Part shown: one piece after another, positions 25,569 through 36,982 of the stretch
Position numbering within the stretch: position 1 is the stretch's first letter
How the letters are laid out: the number at the start of each line of letters is the position of its first letter
Notes under the pieces: generated by a model
Told to the model about the DNA's origin: nothing
The model's input: the letters and a program-made list of their open reading frames with translations, nothing else
The model's database searches: none
Position numbers and translations under genes: made by a program
Assembly (NCBI RefSeq): GCF_000315625.1
Contig: NW_005434659.1
Span: forward strand, 104,335 to 168,334
DNA: 64,000 nucleotides
Origin: Guillardia theta CCMP2712
Taxonomy: Eukaryota; Protista; Cryptophyta
Direction of reading: 5' to 3'

Positions 25569-28500
25569 ATGGGGATGGGTACTGAGACTTTCAACCTGCA
25601 GATGGACTTGGGAGCGCTGTCGCAGCTGATGGGGAAGGTGTCGAACGAGGGGAGGGAGAGGATTGTCGAGACGGCTGAGCTCAAGTCAAGTTTCGTCGAT
25701 CCCAAGGCCATCTCAGGTGGGATGGGAGAGGAGCGGGAAAGAGGATGACGTTGCGTGCAGGTCGAGGGCTCATGGGCCTTGTACACAGGGAGGCAGAGGA
25801 CGTGGAGAGCTTGCAGAGAGAGATCAGCTTCCTTGCGAGCGAGGAGATGGGAAAGAGGAGGGCGGCCCTTGGTAGGATCAGCCTGCTAGTGCGCAATGAC
25901 GACACGCCGCTTGTTGTGCTAGACAAGGTCTGGAAAGAGTTGTCGATCGAGCTGATCAAACTCATGGCGGATCCTGTTGAGAGGATCCGTGATATGGCGA
26001 TGCGATGTCTGCTCTCCTTCCTGGACAAGGTCACCTCGGTCTCCAGCGTGCTTCCTATCGTCATCCCGTGCATGGTGTACAGAGTCGCAACATCGCCTGC
26101 TGAGGAGAGCTCGGAGGAGATCCGGCTCCTCCTCGTCCTCATCCTTGGACGTCTAGTGGCTCTTTGCCCCAAGGTGGTCGGGCAGTACATGGACGCGATT
26201 CACTCCATCCTCCATGCCTCCCTCCAGGTCAGACTGCCTTCCTCCTTGAATTGCCTGTCGGCCACCACCACCTCCTCCTCCTCCTCTCGCTCCTCCTCCT
26301 CTCACTTCTTCTTCTCGCTCCTCCTCTTCTTTCTCCCCTTCTTCCTCCTCCTCCTTCTCCTCCACCACCACCACCTCTTTTCCTCCTCCTCCTCCTCCTC
26401 CTCCTCCTCCTCCTCCTCCTCCTCCTCCTCCTCCTCTTCGACTTCCTCCTTCCATCACCTCCCCTTCCTCCTTGTCCCTTTCATTCCCTCGTCTCTCCTC
26501 TTCTGAATTCTCCTCAGGACTCCCATCCAGCGGTCAGGAAGGAAGCCTGCAGCATTCTCGTCTCCCTCTGCAGCTGTCAGAAGGAGAGCATGAAGATGGT
26601 GGTGAGGTACGAGGAGACGAGGGCTGGAGCAGAGCCACGCTACAGGTACGGGGAGCTCATAGATAGCCTCAAGAGCACGCTCAGGCACAAACACTCGTCT
26701 GTGAGGAAAGTTGCAGTGACTGCCCTCGGCTCCCTCCTGCTCGTGGGGGACAAGAACGTAACGCTGGTGGAGGACCTGGTGGCCTGGCAGCTACCCAACG
26801 TCATTCCAGTCTGGCAGTTCTTCTCCGGGGGAGTGTGGGAGGAGGGGAAACTTGTGAAGCCCGAGGAGCGGCAGCCCCGCCACAACTTCCTCGCCCTCCT
26901 CGCAAGTGACCCGAGCGCCAAAGTCAGGGAGAACTTCATCTCCGTGCTCATCGACTGGATGACGCGGCTCAACGATCGCTGGGACCACGAGAGTCGGCTC
27001 CTCCCCTACCTCCTCAATGGGCTCTGCGATCCGTGCCCTCCTCTCCGCATGGCGACCTTCGAGGCGATGGAGCGGCTGGGGGAGACGCACGAGAACGAGA
27101 GGGAGAACAACGAGCGAGACAAGCAGGAGCTGCGAGACTTCCTTGAGTACGGGCACAAGACCCCGTCGGAGCAGAACGCGACGGAGAGGTGGAGGAGCTG
27201 CAAGCACGAGCCTCCCTTCACCAGGAGGCCGCGGCTGGGAGCGCGCATGGTGGTCAGGAACAACTTCAGGAGGCTGTGCCCGACGCTGGTGCGGGAGCTC
27301 AACGACTGGCAGCCCAAGACGAGGAGCATGGCAGCGCAGCTGCTGTACTACCTCGTCCTCTACACTGAGTACTGGGTGACCAACGACGTTCGGGCAATGG
27401 TCGAGTCCTTCACCAAGTGCTGCTTCCGCTCCCTGGCAGAGATGGAGGAGGGAGACCCGGAGGCGAGGCTGCTGCTTCGCCAAATCCTCCTGTGCGCGCG
27501 GACCGTCGGGGAGTTCATCGACCCCTCCGTCTACATGCCGCTCCTGCTCCCGACGGTTAGAGGAGAGACTGACCTGGACGTCCACCGACGTTGCGCTGCT
27601 GTGGAAATCCTGCGGGCCATGTGCGAGGGTTGCTCCTCCTCCTGGCTCGTGCCCCACGTGTCGACCATGATCGCCGCCCTCGACTGCTCCTCGATCTCCG
27701 AGTCGCGTGACCCTCGCCTGTCCTCTCAGCTCGTTCGCTGCTCGCAGCAGCTTGCTGAGTCTTGCGGGGAGAAGCTGGACGAGGAGTCGAGGAGGCAGAT
27801 GACGCAGATCGTGGTGTCTGTGCAGGTGAGGAGGGAGGGGGGGGGAGAGGGCGGTAAGGGGAGGATGACGATGATGAGAGGGGGAGGGAGAGAGGAGGAG
27901 GTTGTCTTCACTCGTTCACGCTCCTTGGCAGGTGAAGGCCTGGTGCTTCGGGCAGAAGCAGGTCACCGACTTCCCTGCGAGCTCTGAGGAGCTGGACAAG
28001 TACGCGAGGGACTGGAGGAGCGTGCAGTTCTCCTGCCATCAAGCTCTGCGGGCGATCGCGAGCACGGCCTGCTCCTCCATCAGCTCCCTCCTCTCCGACC
28101 ACTTCTCCTCTTTCCTCGAGACCCTGATGCCCGGGCTCACCAGGCTGAGCTGCCTGCACGAGCTCGCCCTGCTCGAAGTCCTCTACCGCCAGCTGGACGA
28201 GGAGGACGTCTCCCAGCCGCTCCTCCAGCTCCTCCTTGCTGAGCTCGTCCGCCTCGTGCAGCTTCCCAGCTCCTCCTCTCCCAGCTCCTCCTCCTCCTCC
28301 TCCTTCCTCCTTGAGTGCATTATCTTCGTGAACTTCGTCGTCCAAGACCCTTCCCTCCCCTTCCCTCCGCAGCTCTTCAAGCAGCTCTTCCTCGCCCTCC
28401 TCAGGGTGGCTCTGTGGGCGAGGCAGACGACGAGCGCTGAAAGGGGAGAGGAGCAGGAGGGTGAGGAGCAAGCCGAGAGGAAGAAGGTGGAAGATGAACG

Positions 28501-29126
28501 AGCGGAGCGAGCCTTGCTCTGTCAGACAGCGTTGGAAGCCGCTTACATGGCGAGCGCGGGGGAGCAGGCGGAGGTTCTGTTCGAAGAGGAGGCGATGAAG
28601 CTGGTGGGTGATACTCTGTGCGCAATGATGGAGGAGGAGAACGCCAAGACACGCGAGCTGGCGTGTTATCTCACTCAGAATGTGATGATAGCTACGAAGA
28701 ATCAACGTGACATGTTGGAGTTTGAGGAGGAGATGAGGAAACAGCTGTTGTTGAGGATGGACGATAGTGCAGACGCGGTGCAGCAGGCATCTTTCCAGGC
28801 GATGGAAAGTTTGTTGGAGAAGAGAGCGAATTCCGGTGAGAAAGGTGTTGTGAATGGTGATGATGCTGACAGTGGAAATGATTGTCATTACTACTATTTG
28901 TCCTGGTTGTTGATGATGACGACGATGACGATAATGATTATGATGTTGTTGCTGTGGTTGCTGAGGTGATGTTAGCCGGTCCACTGTGTCTGAAACTTTC
29001 GCAGGTGGGATTGAAGGGCATGTCGTCGAGACGATCAAGAAGAAAATCTCGCAAACTCTCGAAGAACCTCAAGTTTCAGATGACATCGCAGAAATCTGCA
29101 GACGTTTGATGGAAATCTGCCAATAA
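25569..29126 (+). CDS. DNAAF5: Dynein axonemal assembly factor 5 (HEATR2) homolog
   Basis: HEAT repeats with EESSEEIRLLLV, DRWDHESRLLPYLLNGLCD and RPRLGARMVVRNNFRRLCPTLVRELNDW...RSMAAQLL, matching recalled HEATR2 motifs. Last exon ends ...RLMEICQ* (29126). Confidence 0.82.
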
Positions 29127-29324
29127 ACCATTTCTAATGATGTTTGCCGAAAACTGGTTTTGTGAACCTCACATGTTAGGCGCCAAGAAAATTGTTCTGT
29201 CATTGCTCCTTCTCCAACATCCCCCGCATCAATCTGTGATACATTCATTGCATACATGTACAATCTTTGAGGTGAGAAGGTCAAAGAAAGGGAGGAAAGA
29301 TCCACAAATTGCCAATGAGAATGA

Positions 29325-31218
29325 TTAGACATGAACGAGCTTCTCGACCCGATGCGTCAGGCCCATGCCATGTTGACCTCTGACCTTTGAGTAGAATCTC
29401 CTGATACCTGGCAAGAGATGAGCTGAGAAACGTCACAATGAGGAAGAACAACATCGCGGGTTGAGTTCTTCAGCTTCTGCTGAATCTCCGAGGTGAAGAC
29501 GCAGGTGAAGAAGCCCTGCCGTCAGCCGCGTCAAACTCGCAGTTCTTCGTCACCCACTCCTACATCTCTGTCGCGATCGAATAGCCTTTTGAGCCTCGAC
29601 GTCCTCAAGGTCATCGGGACCCCCTCGAAGTCCGAGTGAACAGAGTTGGCAGCTCGCTGAGAGGTCGGGTCAGCGAATATCGACGCCCCTCCTCCGCCTT
29701 CGCGTGCACCTGACGGGAGGATGCCGGGGGAGGAAAGATGCCATGCTTGCGCAGCTCTAGAGTGACTGGATCGAGGTCCTGGTCTTGATAACCTTCTTGG
29801 CTCGCAACCAGAGAGTCTGCGGGCAACATCGACTTCATAACAGAGAATCTCAAGCCGTTGCTTCCTACCTCCGCTGTTGTCAGAAGCCTGTTGCAATCCT
29901 GCTTGAGGGGATTGCTCGGTCCTATCAAGGGAGTCCAAAGTCATACCAACAGGAGGAAACAGCAGGGGAGCATGCATGTGGCATGTCACTTACTTGTCAG
30001 GAGAGTTTCCAGCAGAACGGGGGATGGAAGCAAGAAGCGCTGAGTCGTAGAGCGCAAGCTCAAACCTGGAGAACCTCCCAGTGCGATAGCAGTGCTAATG
30101 TTGAAGTGAGGCAGAAATCTCTGAAAAGACAAGGAAATACTTCAAGCTGCTTGGGATCATTATCCCACACTACCTTACACATCATCTGCCGGGAAGTTAG
30201 AGCATGCAGAGCAGTACAGACAAAAGTCTACTCCGTTGTTCAACACTTTGCTGATGGTCCCGATTCCTCCACCGGAGATGTTGTGGAACCTGCCAGCAGT
30301 TCAATGAAACTTGATCCGTCGGTTCCTTCCTCACTGTTCGTCGAACGCCTTGGAGCCCTCCTTGGTGAGGATGACTCGCATCCCCTTTCTTGCCTTGATC
30401 GGCCCTCCGATCGACAGCGGATGATGAGGTGGGGGACTTTGGACGAGTGACATTGGCATGAACTCAAGCCGCCTGTGTGAGATGCCGTTGGTCGAGAAGT
30501 CCGTTCGCAACACAACCGTCTCTGCATGCTGGCAGTAGTATGACGATGGATATGAAGCAGAGCTTTTGTTGTACTTCTGAGCTTCACTTCTCTGCTTTGA
30601 GTTCCTAGAGGCCTTCGCCTTCTCGTTCGTGCTTTCTTGCCCATGAAACCCATTTGAGATGCTCTGTCCTGCCACAGGCCTCTCGTCCCCGGGCGGCGAG
30701 TATGTTTCTGCCGCAAATGAGTCGGACAATGACAAGAGAGGATGGTGGAGAGAAACGTTCAGCCCATTTTCTCCATTGGCCTCGTTGATATGACCGCGAG
30801 TCAACGATTTCGTGGCCAATGAACCTTCTAGCGCATTGACATGCGATGCAGGTGCTCCGTTGCCGTTAAAAGCTATCCTGGAGAAGGAAGGAGGAGGAAG
30901 TGCCTGTCGTTGGTGATTGTGATCTGAGGTGTTGTATTGAGGCGAATCGGGGGGGATGCATTGTGGGGAAGCGGGTGGCGGAGACGATGAAATGGGTTCA
31001 GGTGGAGGTGGAGAAGAGCGGGTGTTCATTTGAGAAGATGATGTAGACTGTGTTGAGAACCTCAGAACCTGCAAGATGGGAGACATGGCTCTTCTCTTCG
31101 ATGAAGATGCTGAGAGAGGCGTTGCTCCTCCTGCTCCCGTTCCCTCCCATCCTGCCTTTGCTGTAGCCGACGATGTCGGCACACTTGCTTGGGACGGATC
31201 AGATGATGGCTCCCGCAC
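29325..31218 (-). CDS. Hypothetical protein with a disordered N-terminus and a MIB/HERC2-like (SH3-fold) segment
   Basis: S/P-rich first exon, then spliced GMRVIL...GGGIGTISKV...VVWDND, resembling Mib_herc2. The 3' end is uncertain. Confidence 0.45.
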
Positions 31219-31859
31219 TAGAGCTGGATCGTCAGGGACTTGAACGGTGGATCAGCAGCAGCAGCAGCAGGAGGCGGAGGAGGAGGTTCGGGAAGCTTCC
31301 TGCTCCAGCGCCAGCATCGGCATCGCGCCATTGCTGCGAGAGCTCACCGTGAAGATGAAAGGGTGGTCGAGGGAGGGGTGGTCTCTCAAAACTGGAGGGA
31401 GGGGGTAGTATATTATGACAACCCAGGGTGGTTCGGAGATCGGAGCCCCAGAATGAGGGCTCGGAGGTAGGGTCCTTTCCGGGTAGGGGATAGGGGTGGT
31501 GAAATCCAAGGTACATAGAATGCTTTTTTATTCCGAAGTTCAGTGTTCTGGCCGCCCGGCAGCGGCTGAGCGGCGGCTCGGCCCCGGCGTCGGACCGCCG
31601 ACATCCGGGGCCAGGACTGTTTGAGCCAGATCCGAGCCTTGAAGTTGGTTCTCGCTGTCACAGGCTTACTGTGCTTTATCGGCGCACCCTTGATTACCGA
31701 ATTGCAGTCATTCCCATCGTGCAGCTGGGATGGCCAATAGAGACCAGGAAACCCGTACCCCCTTTCATGTATCATCGGCTGATAACCGAATTCCAGAACA
31801 TCTACATCTATCTCTGCAAGATTTTTTGGTGGGATTGAAAGATCAACAATGTGCGCTGG

Positions 31860-32539
31860 ATGGAAGCTGTCACTGTCAATCGATTTCTGAGAAGAGACCC
31901 TCGGCAATTTCCAACTATTTTGTCAGATTGCCTGCTTGGTGTCAGAAATCTTCCAATCGAGTTAAGAAAGAAGGTATTTGAATTCTCTATCTGCAACAGT
32001 GACCTCCGTGGCGCAAAAATTGAGGTAAAAAAGTTGGGTGGTCCAGGAGGCGCTCAGATGAATGAGGTGCTCTATACTACCCGAGACACCAACATCCACA
32101 ACGCGTTCGTTGCATGTATGTGTGCACAGCTCAATACGGGCGTGGAAAGAAGTGTTTTTCTCGTGGATTATTTCACACTGTATAGAATGCTTCCCAGACG
32201 CACCGGTGAAATACCCATGGATGCGAAAGAGTGCTTCAAGAACATGTTTTGTGTTTACCTTGCCAAAAGCGCCACATTGAAGTTGCGATTTGGCAGAGAT
32301 TGGTACGGTCGACAATCAACGAGAGCGACCAAGAGCCCAATGTCATGGCAGAGGTGGAAATGCTTCGAATGGTCAGCAGGGCAACACGAGCAGAAGACAG
32401 ACGATACATGGAACAAATGGGAAACATGCGCCAAAACTTTCCGTTGCAGGAGCCCAACACATTTTCCGCAGAGTACCTCAACATCAACACCATCGTTTCT
32501 CGCATGCTTATTTTGCTGCAGAACGGGACATTTGCTTGA
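31860..32539 (+). pseudogene. Intronless orphan ORF, probably frameshifted, with an F-box-like motif
   Basis: ATG 31860 frame contains NLPIELRKKVFEF. The more protein-like C-terminus lies in another frame (open 32210-32539: CLPCQKRH...LLQNGTFA*), followed by AATAAA at ~32565. Confidence 0.35.
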
Positions 32540-32576
32540 AAAACCATGCATCTTTATGAAATGCAATAAACTCCCT

Positions 32577-32897
32577 TCAACTCAACAAAATGTCTATGGT
32601 ATCTATGATCTCATGCAAGCTGTCCCATTCATCTTTTTGCAATAGCATCATCAGTATGTTTTGACAAGACATCTTCATCCTTTCCAAAAAGGTCTTGACT
32701 TCGTATTCTGACATTCCTTTGCACAGGGAATCAAAATCCATCAGGCTGTTCTTTATCTGCTGAAAAAAGACCAATACGCGATTGTTGGTATGCTCGTCTG
32801 TTCCATACAGAATATGTTGGCGCAACTCCAAACACCCTACACCCACGTAAACCTCGAGGTCTTTCAGGTTGATGCGATATTGGGCACTCCGTGGCAT
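32577..32897 (-). CDS. Intronless 106-aa helical orphan protein
   Basis: Clean ATG-to-stop ORF with protein-like composition, convergent with the previous ORF. Confidence 0.5.
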   Translation of the reverse strand: MPRSAQYRINLKDLEVYVGVGCLELRQHILYGTDEHTNNRVLVFFQQIKNSLMDFDSLCKGMSEYEVKTFLERMKMSCQNILMMLLQKDEWDSLHEIIDTIDILLS

Positions 32898-32950
32898 TTT
32901 GCTTCATGTCTGCCCAGACATAGCATTTATACACACAGGTTCGGGGACAG

Positions 32951-33060
32951 TTGAATTTGGCTAGTAAATTCTCAGATGATTTTCAGCCGATTTTGCATTG
33001 AATCTGGCTAGTAATTTTTAGATGATTTTCAGCCCGGCGATTTCGCATTGAATCTGGCTT
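32951..33060. repeat. Imperfect 47-50 bp tandem repeat (~2.3 copies)
   Basis: TTGAAT(T/C)TGGCTAGTAA...AGATGATTTTCAGCC...GATTT.GCA units start at 32951, 32998 and 33048. Confidence 0.85.
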
Positions 33061-33446
33061 CTTAAAACTTGAAAGGCTGAGTTAAAAACTTGAAATCAGT
33101 AAGAGGACAATCATACTACTACTGGGCCGCCGCGGGGGATACGGACTTGAGTAAAGAAAAGACTTGAGCACCGTACTGTCAGTATCACTTAGTGACTGAT
33201 TTTTAACTTAACTTTGAGTAAAGTGAGCTCAGTACAAAAGTTTCAAAATTGTTTGCAGCATGCCTGCGTGCAGATTACCCCACCCCCCTTCATCCATGAC
33301 CAAGTCACCCCCACCTCCTCAAGATCCTGATTTCACCCACCCATTGGTTCCTTTGAAATCAACCCCCTACCCCCTCTGTCTCCCCCCGTCCCAGCCCCTA
33401 TCCCTTCATAAGGCCAGCCCTTCGAGGCAGGGAGCATACTCCTACG

Positions 33447-34544
33447 ATGTTGCACATGCGCGTCCTCCCCGTCGCCTCCCAGGTCGCCTCCCTCTTCCCC
33501 GTGCCCGACCCGGCCTCTCTTCCTCCGACATCATCGGTGGCGGTCTCCTCTCCGGCCCTCCTTACCCTGACCACGTTGTCTACCCGGACCCCAGCCGTCC
33601 AGACTACGGCTGAGGGAGTGGAGTCGTTAGATGGACTCCTGAGCGAGGTCGACTATGGCAACAGAGAGACGGAAGCGCTACTTGAAAGCGGCAACTCAAA
33701 GGACACGGCTCCCTCCCACCACGAGACGCCATTGCAAGCCACTGTCAGTCAAGGGCTGAGCCAGCTCGGCATCCCCGGCGGCTCGGCTACTTGCATGCAA
33801 GGGTCCTTCTTCCTGCATCCTGAGCTGGGCTCAGCCGAGGAGTACATTAACGGGACGAACATTATTCCGACGCCCGAAGAGCTGACGGGGATATCGAGCA
33901 ACGCTGACGACAGCTTCTTGAAAGACACTAACTACGTGGAGGACGTGGCTATCCCTTTCCTCCCATCCGGCTATGTCATCATCACCCGGGACACACCAGA
34001 GTTCACGTTATTCTATGCTAACAAGCCGAAGCTCGAGCATGCCTTCCTCAAAGCTGCTCGTCTCCATGGTGCGAGGCTGGTCTGCTCTGAGATACTCTCG
34101 GGCTCCTTCTCGGCCCTGCTCCCTACCATTTCTGATGAGAGGTGGACTTTATACCAGCGCGCCCACAGCTACTTCAAGCTCGAGCAGCTCTACATTCCCC
34201 TCTCCTCTTCCAACGTCCACGACTGTCTCAACGATATCATGCGACATGCCAAGACCATCCAGCAAGACAACACCCGCAGGGCTCACAAGCAACCCCGGGA
34301 GGACCAGAGCAACCACCTCAGCAACGCGCTGCAGCAGGCAAGCCTCACAACCGCCAGGGTCAGCTTGCGAGGCGACAGCTACCAAAACGACTACCTGGGG
34401 TCCGTCGAGCGCGATCCGACGACAGGCAGATCCGAGCTGAGGCTGGTCTTCAACCAGCTGGCCGTGGACAAGTACAAGCAGGTTCAAGAGAAGGCCAAAG
34501 TCCGGACGGCGAACGCACGGAATCAAAGCGAGAGTAGGCAGTAG
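33447..34544 (+). CDS. Intronless 365-aa hypothetical protein
   Basis: Long ORF downstream of an ACCCC-rich promoter block (33277-33420). Disordered N-terminus and a globular-looking C-terminal half; no recognised motif. Confidence 0.7.
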   Translation: MLHMRVLPVASQVASLFPVPDPASLPPTSSVAVSSPALLTLTTLSTRTPAVQTTAEGVESLDGLLSEVDYGNRETEALLESGNSKDTAPSHHETPLQATVSQGLSQLGIPGGSATCMQGSFFLHPELGSAEEYINGTNIIPTPEELTGISSNADDSFLKDTNYVEDVAIPFLPSGYVIITRDTPEFTLFYANKPKLEHAFLKAARLHGARLVCSEILSGSFSALLPTISDERWTLYQRAHSYFKLEQLYIPLSSSNVHDCLNDIMRHAKTIQQDNTRRAHKQPREDQSNHLSNALQQASLTTARVSLRGDSYQNDYLGSVERDPTTGRSELRLVFNQLAVDKYKQVQEKAKVRTANARNQSESRQ

Positions 34545-34733
34545 CGCAGACATGGCAGCAAGAAGGTTGATCTCTAGAATGTTCTTCTTTGATTGTTCTA
34601 TCAGAATACACGTTGAGTAACAACCATTAACTGCTGATATCCTCGCGTCTCTCTGATTTCATCTCTTTGCTTCCCAATGCAACTGCGAGTCACATAACAA
34701 TCTGCAATCGCATGGTGTAAATGCCCCATGCAC

Positions 34734-36725
34734 TTAGATTGTAATGGACTCAATCAGATTGCCCTTGCGTTTTGCATCTCGGTAGATATCATGCAGCACA
34801 TGCACAACTTTCATTGTGCTGGAACTGCCCAAGATAACAAGTCTTTCTCTTGCACGACTGATTGCGACACAAAGACGGTTTGGGCTCTTGATGAAACCGA
34901 CTGATTGACTGAAGTTGCAGCGGACACAGCTGAGAATCACTGTGTCCGCTTCGCTGCCTTGTGCTGAATCCACTGTGACGATGCGAAAGTTGTCAACAAA
35001 ACATTTTGTCGACTTGTTGTAGAGACCGGTCATCTCCGCAACATTCAGGAGGCGTGAAAATTGTTCTTTGTAGAAAGTAATGATCATGACGCTGTTAGTC
35101 TTGATGTAATTTCGAAAATCTTGCTCCAACATGGTAGAAGTCAACTCGTCTACTTCATGTTGATTGTACTTGCTCGATTTGCCATCCTCGCCTTGGTTGT
35201 GATCACACCATTCCACGCGGCCGTCCTTGCGATCGATATTGCTCCATGTGACGAGCTTTTTGTTGTAGAACGCCTTTGACACGACATCACAGATGTTTTT
35301 GTGCATGCGGTATTGAGTTTTGAGCATGGGAAAGGTCAGCATCTTTGCAAGCCTGTGGAAGAAGCTGTTTCCATTGCCTGTGTAGCTGAAAGGGGTCAGC
35401 TGCTTTTGATCACCAATTGCAATGACTGACTCTATCGTATGAGAGACTATCAGTGCTGGCATCTTGAACTCTGGGACAACACCAGCCTCATCGATCACCA
35501 AGACACAACGCTTGCCTTGTCGGATATTCTGAACAGAATCCACAGTGCTCACAAAGATATTCCTTGTTGAAAGGATCTCCTGATAGACTTGGTTGCACGT
35601 TTCTTTAAGTTGCTTTCTTTGCCATAGGACCTGGGCGTGATAACTATGATCTTCGTTTCTGAGAAGGCAATACTTGGAATTGATGTAAAGATCCCATGCC
35701 AAGCTCCATTTGCTTGTTGTCTTGCAGATACTCTTTTTTTGATGAAATCTTTGATGGAGCAGGGTACTTATCTTGTCAAGCCTGTTGAGTTCCTTCAAGC
35801 ATGAGAGGTATTGCTCGCTTGACTCGATGAGGCCGTAGAATGTGTACTTCTTGCAATTTGTGTTTAGCCTCGAGTCATTTCCCACCACGACGAATTTCAG
35901 ATCAGCGTCTACCGAGAGCTTGTCAACAATAGACTCCAGCGCCTTGTTCTGCACACATACCACGAGGCAATTCATACCAAGGGGGACGCAACCCTTGACG
36001 ATGTGGTAGATGGTCGTGGACTTCCCCGTCCCTGGAGGCCCCTGGATTCCCTCTACGTTGGTCTTCATGTGTTGGATAGCCGCCAGCTGCTCGCCATTGA
36101 TGGGCACCAGACTTGTGTCGACCCTTCCTGCATATTGAAAGATTTGTCTGTTGCTGGAGTTGATCATGGAACTGATCATCCCCGATGGCACAGAATTTCC
36201 CTGAATCATGTAGATCCAGTAGAGATCCATGATGTATGGCTTGAAGTAGCCGACAAGATGTACACTGTTTGAATACTGAAGGTCATCATCGTACCTGGAG
36301 AGTTGGATCCCATACTGCAAGAAGTATCCTTCGCTGTGGCGGCGCAAGAGGCACCAGGAATCGTTGACTAAGAAGATGTTGTTGAGATACTGATCCAGGT
36401 CCAGTTGCTGTCCGTCTTTGTCAAGCAGATCGAGTACTGAATTTTCATCCCGAATCATTTGCATCACCGGCAGCCTTCGGTCCCTCCAGCCAGGAAAAGT
36501 ATTCTTGAAGGTGTTTTCAAAAAGAGACCAGATCTCTGCCGAGACATTCTGAGAGCAAGCTTCGAGGTACTGACTCACGTTCATGCGACTGTGAATCTCG
36601 ACTGTTGAGGTTTTGCAAGGGAACAAGATCTTTTTGGTCGCGGATTGCATGACATCAGAGTCGATGTCCCTTTCGACTAGTTCGAGGTCAAGCAAGAAGC
36701 GAGCTGAGAAGCATCTTGTAGGCAT
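34734..36725 (-). CDS. Intronless SF1B (Upf1/Sen1/DNA2-NAM7-like) helicase
   Basis: Q-motif NGEQ, GIQGPPGTGKS, VIDEAG, IGDQKQLTP, LKTQYRMH, ITFYKEQ, TVDSAQGSEAD and NRLCVAISRARE. Probable ATG at 36725 (MPTRCF). Confidence 0.92.
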   Translation of the reverse strand: MPTRCFSARFLLDLELVERDIDSDVMQSATKKILFPCKTSTVEIHSRMNVSQYLEACSQNVSAEIWSLFENTFKNTFPGWRDRRLPVMQMIRDENSVLDLLDKDGQQLDLDQYLNNIFLVNDSWCLLRRHSEGYFLQYGIQLSRYDDDLQYSNSVHLVGYFKPYIMDLYWIYMIQGNSVPSGMISSMINSSNRQIFQYAGRVDTSLVPINGEQLAAIQHMKTNVEGIQGPPGTGKSTTIYHIVKGCVPLGMNCLVVCVQNKALESIVDKLSVDADLKFVVVGNDSRLNTNCKKYTFYGLIESSEQYLSCLKELNRLDKISTLLHQRFHQKKSICKTTSKWSLAWDLYINSKYCLLRNEDHSYHAQVLWQRKQLKETCNQVYQEILSTRNIFVSTVDSVQNIRQGKRCVLVIDEAGVVPEFKMPALIVSHTIESVIAIGDQKQLTPFSYTGNGNSFFHRLAKMLTFPMLKTQYRMHKNICDVVSKAFYNKKLVTWSNIDRKDGRVEWCDHNQGEDGKSSKYNQHEVDELTSTMLEQDFRNYIKTNSVMIITFYKEQFSRLLNVAEMTGLYNKSTKCFVDNFRIVTVDSAQGSEADTVILSCVRCNFSQSVGFIKSPNRLCVAISRARERLVILGSSSTMKVVHVLHDIYRDAKRKGNLIESITI

Positions 36726-36982
36726 GGCTGCAGGACTGAGCTGGCGGGGGAGACGAGGGAGGAGGTATGGTGGACAACAACACAAGCGCTGCTGTCGATA
36801 ACCCACCCTACCCTCCATTCTCAGTGATCCCTCATATCTTGACCGCTAGTAGGCTATGGACCCCTCCAATCCCCCTTTTTCGGTGTACCGACTGTGATGT
36901 TCATATAGAAGGCATTCGGTACCCCACCCCCCTCCCTGAGATCCTCGCAGAGGATTTGCTCAACCCTCGGCGAAGTGAGACG
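36726..36982. promoter_or_regulatory. Putative bidirectional promoter shared by the two helicase genes
   Basis: 257 bp between divergent ATGs, containing several ACCC(C) motifs. Confidence 0.55.

Noticed and set aside
24668-25748. ORFs with poly-L, RS, AG and CSCAPVLL repeats
   Set aside because: They are translations of microsatellites.
26791-29038. Long minus-strand ORFs (288 and 376 aa)
   Set aside because: They are antisense shadows of the GC-rich DNAAF5 coding sequence.
33110-33260. Helitron 3' end
   Set aside because: There is no CTRR terminus at the proper spacing from a GC hairpin, and no Rep/Pif1 ORF. The nearby helicase is Upf1/Sen1-like, not Pif1-like.
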